Shown: positions 48,800 to 58,635 of the stretch, in pieces
Position numbering within the stretch: the first letter of the stretch is position 1
Layout of the letters: the number at the start of each line of letters is the position of its first letter
Assembly: GCA_029571025.1 (NCBI GenBank)
Contig: JAKPTJ010000044.1
Span: 1-64,000, forward strand
DNA length: 64,000 bases
Source: Deltaproteobacteria bacterium
GTDB taxonomy: Bacteria > Myxococcota_A > Polyangia > Polyangiales > Polyangiaceae
Direction: 5' to 3'
Program-made: the position numbers and the translations under genes
Notes under the pieces: generated by a model
Database searches by the model: none
Told to the model about the DNA's origin: nothing
The model's input: only the letters and a program-made list of their open reading frames with translations

Positions 48800-51508
48800 T
48801 CAGTGGGCGTCGGCCCAGCTTGGTCCAACCCCGACATCGACGAGCAACGGCACATCCAGATCCATCACCGACTCCATGGCCTGACGAACGCGGTTTTCGG
48901 CTTCCTCCACATGGTTTTCGGGTACTTCGAAGATCAATTCATCGTGAACCGTCAAAATCATTCTGGCCCCTGGCACGACAGGAGCCGCCAAACGAACCAT
49001 TGCAAGTTTCAATAGATCGGCGGCGCTCCCTTGAATTGGCGTATTTCCCGCTATTCGCTCCGCTTGGGCGCGCAGGACACGGTTTGAGCTACGCAAATCC
49101 GGCAAATACCGACGTCGACCTAGAATGGTTTCCACGGCCTGCCCTTGACGTGCCGCTTCCAACGTCGAATCCATGAACCTTCGCACGCCTTCGTACCGCG
49201 AAAAATACCGATCGATGAATTGTCGAGCCTCCCCCCGCTCGATCCCTAGTTTCTTCGATAGCGCCACTTCTCCCATTCCATAAATCACACCAAAGTTGAT
49301 CGTCTTGGCTTGACGACGTTGCTCGGCCGTTACCTGTTGCGACGATACGCCAAAGATTTCCATCGCGGTGCGCGAATGAATATCTTCATGATTTCTGAAG
49401 GCATCGATGAGCACTGGATCTTTCGATAGATGCGCCAGGACCCGCAATTCGATCTGCGAATAGTCGGCGCTCAACAACGTATAGCCTTGTGGAGCAATGA
49501 AAGCGCGACGAATGGCCAGGCCTTCTTGCGTTCGCACCGGGATATTTTGCAAGTTCGGATCGCTGGAGGAAAGCCTACCCGTGGCGGCCACACTTTGATT
49601 GAACCGTGTATGAATACGCCCCGTGGTCGGATGAACCAACTTCGGCAGGGTTTCGACATAGGTGCTTTGCAGCTTCGAAAGCTGACGAAGGGCAAGAATC
49701 GTCCCAACCAACGGATGCATGTCCACCAACGCTTCCAGCACACTGGCATCGGTGCTGCGCGCGCTTTTGGTCCGCTTTTTCACAGGAAGCCCAAGCTCAT
49801 CGAAGAGAATCGTTTCGAGCTGTCGGGGGGAACCCACGTTGAAGTCGCGTCCCGCCTGCTGTTTCGCTGTAGCTTCCAACTCTTTCATCCGCTCTTGCAG
49901 CATCGATCCTAGCTGCTCGAGCTGAATGACATCGATCAGCACGCCAGCGCTCTCCATATCTATCAGCACGGAAATCAACGGGATTTCGACTTGCGTGAGA
50001 AGATCGCTCATCCCTTGTCGTTCGATTCGATCTCGCTGCAGGTGGTGAAGCTGCAAAGACAGATCCGCATCCGCGCACGCATAACGAGACGCTCGTTCGA
50101 GTGGCACCTTATCGAATGTGACTGCCTTCGAACCTTTGCCTCCCACCACCTGCTCGTAGGTCATCATCTCCACGTGAAGTTCGCGTTTCGCAACCTCCTT
50201 CAGTCCATGGGAAGCTTCAGGGTCCAACAGATAACTCTCGATCATCGTATCGGAGGCCACGGCTTGCATCGGACCGAAGCCGTGGCGGCGCAACACGGTT
50301 TCGTCGAACTTCACATGGTGCCCCACCTTGCGAACTTCACTCGAAATCAGCAGTGGATTGAGAATTTCCCGAACGCGGTCGATGTCCAATTGCGAAGGAA
50401 CGCCAAGGTAAGCATGCCCGACCGGGATGTACCACCCCTCATGGGGACGACAGGATAGAGAGATTCCCACGAGGCGAGCTCGCATGGCGTCGGTGGAATC
50501 CGTTTCCGTATCCAGGCCCATCAGGCCAGCCTCATGACAGGCTTGCACGGCCGAACGAAGATCCGCCTCCTCAAGCACCAAGCGATAATCGTCTGCCTGG
50601 GGCTGATCGAAGTCGATCTCCATTTGTGGACGCATCGCTTCGAGCATGCGCGAGAACCCAAGCTCGACATACGCGGCCTCCAAGCCTTTCCAATCCGTTC
50701 GAGCATGAAAATCCAAGGCCGATCGCTCGAACGAAACGTCCAAGTCGTCGCGCAAGGTCACGAGCAAACGTGCAAGTTCCGCAGAGGCGCGATGCTCGAC
50801 AAGGTTCTCCCGAAGCTTGCCTTTGATCTCGTCGATTCCTTCGTACACCCCTTCGATGGATCCGTATTGATCCAGCAGCTTGGCCGCCGTTTTCGGTCCG
50901 ACCGAGGGAATGCCCATCACATTGTCGGAACTATCTCCCGTCATGGCGAGAAGATCCCTCATTTTATCAGGAAAAACCCCAAATTTTTCTCGCACTTCCG
51001 CGGGCCCGTACACCTTGTTGCGCATCGTGTCCCACATAACCACAGATGCACCAACCAACTGCATGAGGTCCTTGTCCGCGCTGATGATCACCACGCGAAG
51101 ACCTTCCGAGCAGGCTCGTTTCACCCCACTGGCGATCAAGTCATCCGCTTCGAAACCATCTTGTTTCCAGACGGTAAGACCAAGCAAGGACACGAGCCCG
51201 CGAACGCGTTGCATTTGAATCGAAAGGTCTTCGGGAGGAGGCGGGCGATTCGCTTTGTAGGCATTGTCGATTTGCTTTCGAAACGACGGACCTTTCGAAT
51301 CCATGGCCACCGCCATCAGCGTCGGCTTTCGCTCATCGATCAGTCGGTTGAGCATCGTGATAGTGCCGTAGGTGGCATGCGACGGCTCGCCGGTCGGAGA
51401 GGAAAGCGGAGCAATCGCGTGGTATGCGCGAAACACGTAGCCAGACAGATCAACGATATACAGGGCATCGGTGGCCCCAACCGGAGGAAGCGTCGTCATG
51501 GGAGCCAT
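48800..51508 (-). CDS. polA: DNA polymerase I
   Basis: 5'-3' exonuclease N-domain (ALYIVDLSGYVFRAYHA). 3'-5' exo motifs. Polymerase motifs A (DYSQIELR), B (RRQAKTINFGVIYG) and C (VHDE). Confidence 0.95.
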   Translation of the reverse strand: MAPMTTLPPVGATDALYIVDLSGYVFRAYHAIAPLSSPTGEPSHATYGTITMLNRLIDERKPTLMAVAMDSKGPSFRKQIDNAYKANRPPPPEDLSIQMQRVRGLVSLLGLTVWKQDGFEADDLIASGVKRACSEGLRVVIISADKDLMQLVGASVVMWDTMRNKVYGPAEVREKFGVFPDKMRDLLAMTGDSSDNVMGIPSVGPKTAAKLLDQYGSIEGVYEGIDEIKGKLRENLVEHRASAELARLLVTLRDDLDVSFERSALDFHARTDWKGLEAAYVELGFSRMLEAMRPQMEIDFDQPQADDYRLVLEEADLRSAVQACHEAGLMGLDTETDSTDAMRARLVGISLSCRPHEGWYIPVGHAYLGVPSQLDIDRVREILNPLLISSEVRKVGHHVKFDETVLRRHGFGPMQAVASDTMIESYLLDPEASHGLKEVAKRELHVEMMTYEQVVGGKGSKAVTFDKVPLERASRYACADADLSLQLHHLQRDRIERQGMSDLLTQVEIPLISVLIDMESAGVLIDVIQLEQLGSMLQERMKELEATAKQQAGRDFNVGSPRQLETILFDELGLPVKKRTKSARSTDASVLEALVDMHPLVGTILALRQLSKLQSTYVETLPKLVHPTTGRIHTRFNQSVAATGRLSSSDPNLQNIPVRTQEGLAIRRAFIAPQGYTLLSADYSQIELRVLAHLSKDPVLIDAFRNHEDIHSRTAMEIFGVSSQQVTAEQRRQAKTINFGVIYGMGEVALSKKLGIERGEARQFIDRYFSRYEGVRRFMDSTLEAARQGQAVETILGRRRYLPDLRSSNRVLRAQAERIAGNTPIQGSAADLLKLAMVRLAAPVVPGARMILTVHDELIFEVPENHVEEAENRVRQAMESVMDLDVPLLVDVGVGPSWADAH

Positions 51509-51594
51509 GCGTAGCGCACATTGAGCAAGGATAGAATGCTTACGGTTGGCGACCGCACCAAGGAAAAGGTAGTCTAGGGGCGGCGAACGAAACG

Positions 51595-52956
51595 ATGAAC
51601 GACGCAGCAGACGCTCCGAACAGCGAATGGATAGCCGGCAAGTACCGATTGATACGCATGATCGGACAAGGGGGAATGGGCACGGTCTGGGAGGGGCAAC
51701 ACATTACGTTGGGAACGAAGGTCGCGATCAAGATGATCGAACACGACCTGGCCGAAAACCACGAAGCACGGAATCGATTCGACAAGGAAGCCCGCGCCGC
51801 GGCAACGCTTTCCTCTCGTTATGTCGTCACCGTCTTCGACCATGGAGTGATGCCCGATGGTCGTCCTTTCATCGTCATGGAATACCTTCGGGGGCAAACG
51901 CTCGAAGAGCGTGCCGCTACCAATCACCGTCTGCCTCTTGTCGAAGTGGCACGGATCATCGACCAGGTCGCTCGCGGCCTGTCCAAAGCGCACGAGCATG
52001 GCATCGTGCATCGTGATCTCAAACCAGAGAATATCTTCCTGACCGAGTCTCCCGATGAAGACGAAACCGTGGCGAAGATCGTCGATTTCGGCATTGCCAA
52101 ATTCATCGAAGGCACCCCGCTGTCTCAGCCATCGTCGACGCGTTCCGGTACGATTTTAGGAACGCCCGTGTATATGAGTCCAGAACAGGCTCGCGGCCTT
52201 CGGGATATCGACCATAGGAGCGACCTTTGGGCCCTGGGCGTCATCGCTTACCGCTGCGCCGTCGGCACCCTACCGTTCCAAGGCGAAGCCGTCGGCGATA
52301 TCGTTGTCAATATCTGCACCAAAGATCCCGTGCTCCCCAGCACACTCGTTCCTTCCCTTCCTAAGGCTTTCGACGATTGGTTCCGTCGTTGCGTGGCCCG
52401 GGACCGCGAGATGCGCTTTGACTCTGCCAAAGAACTCGCCTCATCGTTATGGGCGGCGTCGGGTTCATCGCCCCCTCAGTCCTTCGCCACCGACCTTCTC
52501 AACCCGCACCTGGTCGAAAGCCGCACAAATGCTTCTCATTCATCGATCGAGAGTGCCACGACACAAGTCGCGACCACGAATCCGCCAGGGCGCAGCCGAA
52601 TGTCCAGGGGTGTGTTGGGAGGAACACTCGTGCTGTTGGGAGCTTGCGCATCGCTGCTGGTGGGCTGGTGGTATTCGTCGGCTTCCCTTTCCGAACCGAT
52701 GGCCGCCGAGGCGTCCCATCCTTATTTTCCTGAGGAAATACAAATAGTTAACATGATTGCGCCCGCAGCGAACTCGGAAGAGGAAGCCTCAATTTCCTTG
52801 CCTGAATCGATGGCCTCGAATGCTGCCGCCTCGGATGCGCCATCGTCATCACGCCCAAAAATACGCCCACCCCAGGCATCGGCTGTCCAAACCGCAAGCC
52901 GGGGACCAAGTCGAACGTTACCGCCCTCGACGACAACCATTGACCTAGGGTATTGA
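51595..52956 (+). CDS. Eukaryotic-like Ser/Thr protein kinase with C-terminal TM segment and Ser/Pro-rich tail
   Basis: GQGGMGTVWEG (G-loop), VAIKMI (Lys), HRDLKPENIFL, DFG, TPVYMSPEQ, DLWALGVIAY. Hydrophobic segment LGGTLVLLGACASLLVGWWY. Confidence 0.9.
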   Translation: MNDAADAPNSEWIAGKYRLIRMIGQGGMGTVWEGQHITLGTKVAIKMIEHDLAENHEARNRFDKEARAAATLSSRYVVTVFDHGVMPDGRPFIVMEYLRGQTLEERAATNHRLPLVEVARIIDQVARGLSKAHEHGIVHRDLKPENIFLTESPDEDETVAKIVDFGIAKFIEGTPLSQPSSTRSGTILGTPVYMSPEQARGLRDIDHRSDLWALGVIAYRCAVGTLPFQGEAVGDIVVNICTKDPVLPSTLVPSLPKAFDDWFRRCVARDREMRFDSAKELASSLWAASGSSPPQSFATDLLNPHLVESRTNASHSSIESATTQVATTNPPGRSRMSRGVLGGTLVLLGACASLLVGWWYSSASLSEPMAAEASHPYFPEEIQIVNMIAPAANSEEEASISLPESMASNAAASDAPSSSRPKIRPPQASAVQTASRGPSRTLPPSTTTIDLGY

Positions 52957-52995
52957 GACTGCAAACCTGCCAAGCGACGCTCCGCCTGTTGACCA

Positions 52996-53355
52996 ATGCC
53001 TCGCAAAGATCCAGGGTCATACGGCTCAGCCCAAGGCGAGTACCATGATGGAGAAATGATGACGGACACTAGAATTTTATGGGACTTCGATGTGCGCGTT
53101 CGAGACCGGAACTTGAAAACCGGTCGTCTGAAGAAAGACGAAGTGGATAGGTACTACGACAACCTCGTGGACGTGACCAACAACGTCGATGCGATGGAGG
53201 CGCGTCAACCCACATTGCCGACCGCGGAAGACAAGCACGAGGAAGAGCCTTCGGCAGTCCAAGGGTCACCGTCGATGGGATACGCCCCCGCGGCTCCCGG
53301 ACTACCGATGATGCAGCCTATCATTCCTCACGCCAAGAACGAGGACGATTACTGA
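52996..53355 (+). CDS. Small hypothetical protein
   Basis: ORF only. Acidic. Lies between the kinase and the DUF1844 gene on the same strand. Confidence 0.3.
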   Translation: MPRKDPGSYGSAQGEYHDGEMMTDTRILWDFDVRVRDRNLKTGRLKKDEVDRYYDNLVDVTNNVDAMEARQPTLPTAEDKHEEEPSAVQGSPSMGYAPAAPGLPMMQPIIPHAKNEDDY

Positions 53356-53380
53356 GTTACGGGCCCTATGGGAGGCGAGC

Positions 53381-53668
53381 ATGGCGGACGAAAAGGCACA
53401 ACAAGCCACTGAACTTCCAAAGACGGATTTTTCCACGTTCGTGTTGTCGTTGAGTCATTCCGCGCTCGTGCATCTCGGGGACGCGCCATCCCCCGACGGG
53501 GTTGCGCGAACGCCCAATCTCGTTTTGGCCCGACAAACCATTGATTTGCTCGAGATTCTTTCGGAAAAAACCAAGGGCAACCTCACGGGAGAAGAAGAAC
53601 GTCTGCTCGAGCATATTTTATATGAACTGCGGATGCGTTTCGTCGAGGTCGCCAAGGAGAAGTCGTGA
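53381..53668 (+). CDS. DUF1844-like small protein
   Basis: FSTFVLSLSHSALVHLG...LARQTIDLLEILSEKTKGNLTGEEERLLEHILYELRMRFVE matches the conserved DUF1844 pattern. Its stop overlaps the htrA GTG start (GTGA). Confidence 0.5.
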   Translation: MADEKAQQATELPKTDFSTFVLSLSHSALVHLGDAPSPDGVARTPNLVLARQTIDLLEILSEKTKGNLTGEEERLLEHILYELRMRFVEVAKEKS

Positions 53669-54846
53669 ACGGCTGGATGCGCGCTTGGAGGGCAGCGTCG
53701 CTGACGATCAGTTTGCTCACGCTGCTTTTGCCGGTATCGTGTGGCAAAGGGCATTCTTCGCCGACGGCGGAGCAGACGGAAAGCGCGGTTCCTGCTGTCC
53801 AGGCGGCATCCGTGACGCCCCCCACGACCGCGGCGGCGCCGACGCCGACCATGATGCCGATGGGGGCACCCATGTCGTTTGCATCCTTGGCAAAAACCGC
53901 AGATCCCGGCGTGGTGACGATCCAAAGCCGTGTAGAACGAACGTTTGGAAGCGGTCGACGTCGCGTGCTTTCCGAAGGACTTGGAACGGGATTCGTGTAC
54001 GACAAAGCCGGTCTCGTGCTCACCAACAACCATGTGATTGAGGGGGCCACGGCGGTGGTGGTTCAATTCGCGAGCGGGCGTTCGGTGCAAGCGGAGGTGA
54101 AGGGACGGGACCGTCATACGGACGTGGCGGTTTTGCAGTTGGAGAAAGCCGAAGGGCTACATGCGTTGCCGCTGGGTGACTCCGATGGGATTGAGGTAGG
54201 TGATTGGGTGGTAGCGATTGGCAATCCTTTTGGGCTGGCTCACACCGTTTCGGCGGGGATATTGTCTGGAAAAGGGCGAACGAAGGACGATGTCAAGGGC
54301 CTGGACCCGAGCGGGTATTTCAATTTTCTTCAGACGGATGCGGCGATCAACCAGGGCAATTCCGGCGGGCCTTTGTTGAATTTGCGTGGGGAAGTGGTGG
54401 GAATCAACACGGCCATCCGCGCGAATGCCAACAACATCGGTTTCGCGATTCCGATCAACATGGTCAAAGAGCTGCTGCCGATTTTGGTCAAGGATGGGAA
54501 GATCACGCGTAGCGCGCTGGGTATCAGTGTCCGGGAGTTGGATTCCACCGAGTCGGAACGATTGAAAAGGCCGGACACGAAGGGAGCGTGGGTGGTGGAT
54601 ATTGCTCCGGGCTCCGGAGCCGACCGCGCGGGAATTCGTCCAGATGACGTAATTTTAGGATTTGACGGTAAACAAGTTCTGGATCCGAATATGCTTCGGT
54701 GGTGGGCGAGCATTGCGGGTGTGGGCAAGACGGTGGATGTGAAGGTGGGAAGAGGAACGAGGACGTTCGATGTAAAAGTTACCTTAGGGGAGTTACCGGA
54801 ACAACCGGAACCACCGTCTCCGGGATTTCCGCCTGGATTTCCGTGA
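53665..54846 (+). CDS. HtrA/DegP-family periplasmic serine protease (S1C) with PDZ domain
   Basis: Signal peptide. GTGFVYDKAGLVLTNNHV (His). D. GNSGGPLLN (Ser). One PDZ (GIRPDDVILGFDGKQV). Confidence 0.9.
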   Translation: MNGWMRAWRAASLTISLLTLLLPVSCGKGHSSPTAEQTESAVPAVQAASVTPPTTAAAPTPTMMPMGAPMSFASLAKTADPGVVTIQSRVERTFGSGRRRVLSEGLGTGFVYDKAGLVLTNNHVIEGATAVVVQFASGRSVQAEVKGRDRHTDVAVLQLEKAEGLHALPLGDSDGIEVGDWVVAIGNPFGLAHTVSAGILSGKGRTKDDVKGLDPSGYFNFLQTDAAINQGNSGGPLLNLRGEVVGINTAIRANANNIGFAIPINMVKELLPILVKDGKITRSALGISVRELDSTESERLKRPDTKGAWVVDIAPGSGADRAGIRPDDVILGFDGKQVLDPNMLRWWASIAGVGKTVDVKVGRGTRTFDVKVTLGELPEQPEPPSPGFPPGFP

Positions 54847-55604
54847 TGGACGATAATATCCGCCATGAGGAAGGCTCTGCTGGGAGCGTAGGAGGGGAGC
54901 AAGCTACGACCGTGGTGAATACCCAATCGGTGGTTGCGTCCAACCGTGAGCAACGAAGGGCGGAAGCCGAGGAAGATCGTGTACTCATCGAAGCAGCGCA
55001 GAAAGGTGACGTGGCCGCATTTCGAGCCCTGGTGGAAAAGCACCAGCGGCGAGTATTCTCGATTGCCCTTGGCATCGTGCGTGACGAAAACGACGCGCGA
55101 GAAATTTCTCAAGAAGCCTTTATTCGGGTGTACCGCGGATTGGACCGGTTCCAGGGCGGGTCGAGCTTTTTTACCTGGCTTTATCGAATTGTCACCAACT
55201 TATCCATTGACCTCATTCGTCGGCCCGGCAGGCGCGACGCGGAGCTTGTGGAAGATCGAAAGGTGTATGACGTCGCGGATGGGAGTCTCGAACCTTTCGT
55301 GGCCCGCCTGGAGGGGGAAGACCCTCTGCGAGTCGTGCGTCGCCGAGAAATTGCCGAACGTTTGCAGGAGGCGCTTGACGCATTGCCGCCCTACCACTTG
55401 GGCGTCATTCTGATGAGAGAGGTTGAAGGCATGTCGTACGAAGAAATGGCCGAGGCAATGGGCGTGTCCAAGGGCACGATCATGAGCCGTCTATTTCACG
55501 CACGACAGAAACTCCAGCGAGCACTTCGGGATTGCTATGAAGAGGAAATCGAATCCATCGACGAGCCGATGAGCGCGTCGGGAAAGCATGAGGCTCAACC
55601 GTGA
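54846..55604 (+). CDS. ECF (sigma-70 group 4) RNA polymerase sigma factor
   Basis: The ATG at 54846 shares its A with the htrA TGA. Region 2 FRALVEKHQRRVFSIALGIVRDENDAREISQEAFIRVYRGLDRFQG...FFTWLYRIVTNLSIDLIRR. Region 4 HTH MSYEEMAEAMGVSKGTIMSRLFHARQKL. Confidence 0.85.
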   Translation: MDDNIRHEEGSAGSVGGEQATTVVNTQSVVASNREQRRAEAEEDRVLIEAAQKGDVAAFRALVEKHQRRVFSIALGIVRDENDAREISQEAFIRVYRGLDRFQGGSSFFTWLYRIVTNLSIDLIRRPGRRDAELVEDRKVYDVADGSLEPFVARLEGEDPLRVVRRREIAERLQEALDALPPYHLGVILMREVEGMSYEEMAEAMGVSKGTIMSRLFHARQKLQRALRDCYEEEIESIDEPMSASGKHEAQP

Positions 55605-56236
55605 ACAACCGCGCCAACAATAGCGATGGCCGTGGGGAACTGTCTTCGGATAGCGTGACTTCCCACGATTTGATGATGTTCGCGGACGGGGAGTTGGATG
55701 CGCAGCGTGAGGCTGCCGTAGCCTCGTATCTCCGGGAGAATGAGACTGGCCGTGCGGTTGTGTCCACGGTGTGGGAGATGGGGGCGAGGATACGGGAACT
55801 GCAGGATCGCAAGGCGATCGACGCCGGTGCGGACGGGATTGCTTCTTTGGTGATGGCTCGCATCGAGCAGGAGGCGTCTGCACCGCGGAAAGAAAATGTC
55901 GTCCCGTTGGTAACGTCGGAGCGTCGTGCCGTGGGGTTTGGCCCTGTGGTGGTGGGGGGATTGGCGTTGGCGGCTGGGGTGGCGTTGTTGGTGTGGCGGC
56001 TGGTGGGGATGGATTTGACACAGCCTATCCCTGAGAAAACGGCCGGGGCTTTGAGCAGTGAGAAGCCGGTATCGGTTTCCGCCTTGTCGACGGAAGACGA
56101 TCCGGAGCCTGGGGTGTCGGTGGATTCGATTGATTTCGGTGCTCGAACGGGCACAATTTTCTATGTTCCTAACGGTGCAGGTTCTACGACGACGGTCGTT
56201 TGGCTCACGGATGATGAGGTCGGAGGCAACCCATGA
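55601..56236 (+). CDS. Anti-sigma factor (single TM, N-terminal sigma-binding region)
   Basis: GTG start overlapping the sigma stop (GTGA). N-terminal LMMFADGELD...ASYL pattern as in RseA/ChrR-like anti-sigma N-domains. TM VVVGGLALAAGVALLVW. Confidence 0.6.
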   Translation: MNNRANNSDGRGELSSDSVTSHDLMMFADGELDAQREAAVASYLRENETGRAVVSTVWEMGARIRELQDRKAIDAGADGIASLVMARIEQEASAPRKENVVPLVTSERRAVGFGPVVVGGLALAAGVALLVWRLVGMDLTQPIPEKTAGALSSEKPVSVSALSTEDDPEPGVSVDSIDFGARTGTIFYVPNGAGSTTTVVWLTDDEVGGNP

Positions 56237-56826
56237 CCCGAAGCGGATACACTGTATTTGGACTCGCCCCTCGGTGGATCGCGCTGTGTGGGGTGGGATT
56301 GATGGTTTCGGCCAGTTGGTGGGCTCACGCGCAGCAGCAACCAGCTTCTGAACCGCCAGTGGCTGAGCCGATGCAGGCCGATGGGGGGACCGCACCGCAA
56401 CCGCAGGTTCCTTCCGAGATTCTTGTATTGCATGCCACCAACACGGGCGGCGGAATCGATCCCGAACTGCAGCATCTCAAACAGCTACAAAAACCGCCAT
56501 TTTCCGCCTACGACACGTATCGTTTGCTGCATCGGCATTCGATTGTGTTGCGGTTGCAGCAACCAGATTCCACGCAACTTCCCAATGGCAGAACGCTGCG
56601 AACCGTGTTGAAAGCGGTATTGCCGGAAGAACGATACCGGGTAGCGGCGAGCATCAGTCGACCACCGCAAGACAAGGATGGCGGATACTTACCTTTGCTC
56701 GAGGTAACGGCGAAAAGTGGGGAGCCATTTTTCGTAGCGGGGCAGAGCTATCGGGGGGGGATTCTCGTGGTGGGCATCCAGGTGGGAAAAGCTACGAAAA
56801 AAGACAAGCCTCCGGCGGATAAGTGA
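56233..56826 (+). CDS. Periplasmic hypothetical protein, last gene of the sigma/anti-sigma operon
   Basis: ATG overlaps the anti-sigma stop (ATGA). Signal peptide LMVSASWWAHAQQQ. No known motif. Confidence 0.5.
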   Translation: MTRSGYTVFGLAPRWIALCGVGLMVSASWWAHAQQQPASEPPVAEPMQADGGTAPQPQVPSEILVLHATNTGGGIDPELQHLKQLQKPPFSAYDTYRLLHRHSIVLRLQQPDSTQLPNGRTLRTVLKAVLPEERYRVAASISRPPQDKDGGYLPLLEVTAKSGEPFFVAGQSYRGGILVVGIQVGKATKKDKPPADK

Positions 56827-56879
56827 ACGTAAGGGCTTCGTATTCGGACAGCGCTCGTGCTAGACAGTTGCCTCTTCGA

Positions 56880-56956
56880 GCGCCCGTAGCTCAGTTGGAT
56901 AGAGCAGCGGCCTTCTAAGCCGCGGGTCACTGGTTCGAATCCAGTCGGGCGTGCCA
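56880..56956 (+). tRNA. tRNA-Arg (anticodon TCT), CCA encoded
   Basis: GCGCCCGTAGCTCAGTTGGATAGAGCAGCGGCCTTCTAAGCCGCGGGTCACTGGTTCGAATCCAGTCGGGCGTGCCA. The acceptor stem pairs (G1-U72 wobble). Anticodon loop CTTCTAA. T-loop TTCGAAT. Confidence 0.85.
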
Positions 56957-57372
56957 CGGTCATTCCATCATCAAGAGCGTGACGACGATGGCGAGCCTGT
57001 GGGGTTGCGTCACAAGGGCCAGCGCAACAATGTCCTAGCGAGCCGTACGTTGGGCGACGGCTTCCATGATGACGTGCTTCGTTGGTTCCACCGATCGAAC
57101 GCGCCCCTCGATGACCGACGCAACAGGCAGCGTCGATGGCGCTTCTCTTGGCGCTCACCCACAGTGGCAAAAAAACTTTATATTACTCATAGTTACACAG
57201 ATCACGGTCGAGACCATCGACGACGATTCTGTATGACAAACACCACGGGCGGAGGCGGCAGCCCAGGGGTTTTCTCGATGCAGCCGGTGGCGGAAGGCCC
57301 TCGACTTGGGCGAAGGCATAGGGAGCACGGACGAAGCGAGAGCCTGGTTTTGCCGTTCTTTCGTTCGAGACC

Positions 57373-58635
57373 TCAGGCATTGGTCAATACGTATCGCGCG
57401 GCTGCCGTGCCAGCTTCGACTCCCGTGGCGATGGAGGCCAATGAGGCCGCGGGTCGTTTCAGCGCCAATTCGCCTGCGACAAAAAGGCCCGCGAGTGGAT
57501 TATTCGAGGCATCGAGGACCTGGACGCCATCGCGGAGCACATTGATCCTATCCATCCACCAAACGCCGTGGTCGTCGCGCGGCCAGGCGAGTCGTTCGAG
57601 ATTGAACCCATGAAGGGATGCGACCGTTTCGGAGATTCGACCATCGACCGTAAGGACCAAGGGCCCGCGATACGAAAGGGAAAATGGATGGGCTGGTGAA
57701 AACGACTGCTCGTTGCCCTCCTGGGGCTCACCAGAAGTGAGGATGATTCCACCTCCCGCGATACCGCCCGTCGCGACCACGACAGCCTTGGCCTGGTACG
57801 GGCGCTTCGACTGGGAAACATGCACATTCCAATCGCCATCGACCTGCTCGAGCCGCTGCACGCGATCTTGGATCCGCGTGATCCGTTGTTGGGTCAGCCA
57901 CCGATTCGCGGCATGCTCCCACCGGGCTCCGGCGGTACTTCCAAGCCCCGCGCAAGCTTCTCCGATTTGTATCCCTATATGGTTAGTCAGGATCGAAGCA
58001 ACGGGCGTATCGATGCCCAACCACGGTCCCAGCAATACAGATTTTCCGCCTCCATGCCGCTGGACCTCCGCGCTCAGATGCTCACCGAATTTCGTACGAC
58101 CCTCCGGACTATCAAGGTGAAAGGCGATTTCCGTATCGGAACCAAAACGCATTCGATCGTCGTCGAGTGACGAGGCATCGAAGCTTTCGAAACGAAGACC
58201 TTGCTCACGGCACCAGAGATCTTCCGACCATGATCGGGCGAGGAAATCAGCATCCCAATTCGGTCTATCGATACGAGGCACAAGAATCGTTTCGTTTTTG
58301 TGAGAGGCCAGATTGAGCAGGGCGCGGTCCGCGGCATCGGCGGTTCGAACGACTCCGGCGAGAGTGGCAACTCGTGTTTTTTCGGGATCAACACACCATA
58401 TATCGATGGCGTCGATGAATTCTTTTTGTCGTTCGTCCAGCGATGAACTCCTGGGATGCAGGTTCCAGACGCCATGGTCCAAACAACCGGAATACAGCGT
58501 AGTGGCGCCATTTCCGAGGGAAATGAGCAGCGGCCGCACCCCCAGGCGAAGCGATGCATGAGCCGCGGCAACTCCCGCCGCGCCATCGCCAAGGATGATC
58601 ACATCTTCGTGATGATTCACGGTTCTTGTCCCCAT
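57373..58635 (-). CDS. glpB: Anaerobic glycerol-3-phosphate dehydrogenase subunit B-like FAD protein
   Basis: Start probably ATG 58635 (MGTRTVNHHEDVIILGDGAAGVAAAHASLRLGVRPLLISLGNGATTLYSGCLD), a Rossmann FAD motif followed by the GlpB-like SG(S/C)LD segment. The longer ORF to 58770 overlaps glpA by 150 nt. Confidence 0.6.
   Translation of the reverse strand: MGTRTVNHHEDVIILGDGAAGVAAAHASLRLGVRPLLISLGNGATTLYSGCLDHGVWNLHPRSSSLDERQKEFIDAIDIWCVDPEKTRVATLAGVVRTADAADRALLNLASHKNETILVPRIDRPNWDADFLARSWSEDLWCREQGLRFESFDASSLDDDRMRFGSDTEIAFHLDSPEGRTKFGEHLSAEVQRHGGGKSVLLGPWLGIDTPVASILTNHIGIQIGEACAGLGSTAGARWEHAANRWLTQQRITRIQDRVQRLEQVDGDWNVHVSQSKRPYQAKAVVVATGGIAGGGIILTSGEPQEGNEQSFSPAHPFSLSYRGPLVLTVDGRISETVASLHGFNLERLAWPRDDHGVWWMDRINVLRDGVQVLDASNNPLAGLFVAGELALKRPAASLASIATGVEAGTAAARYVLTNA

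Noticed and set aside
50534-51514. 326-aa + ORF inside polA
   Set aside because: Antisense to polA.
55480-56395. Minus-strand ORFs (224/176/266 aa) over the sigma/anti-sigma genes
   Set aside because: Pro/Arg/Ser-rich antisense translations. The + strand genes have coupled starts and clear motifs.
56957-57372. 220-aa + ORF (56951..57613) downstream of tRNA-Arg
   Set aside because: Arg/His-rich with no motifs. It overlaps the glpB 3' end in antisense. The region is more likely noncoding or a decayed glpC remnant.
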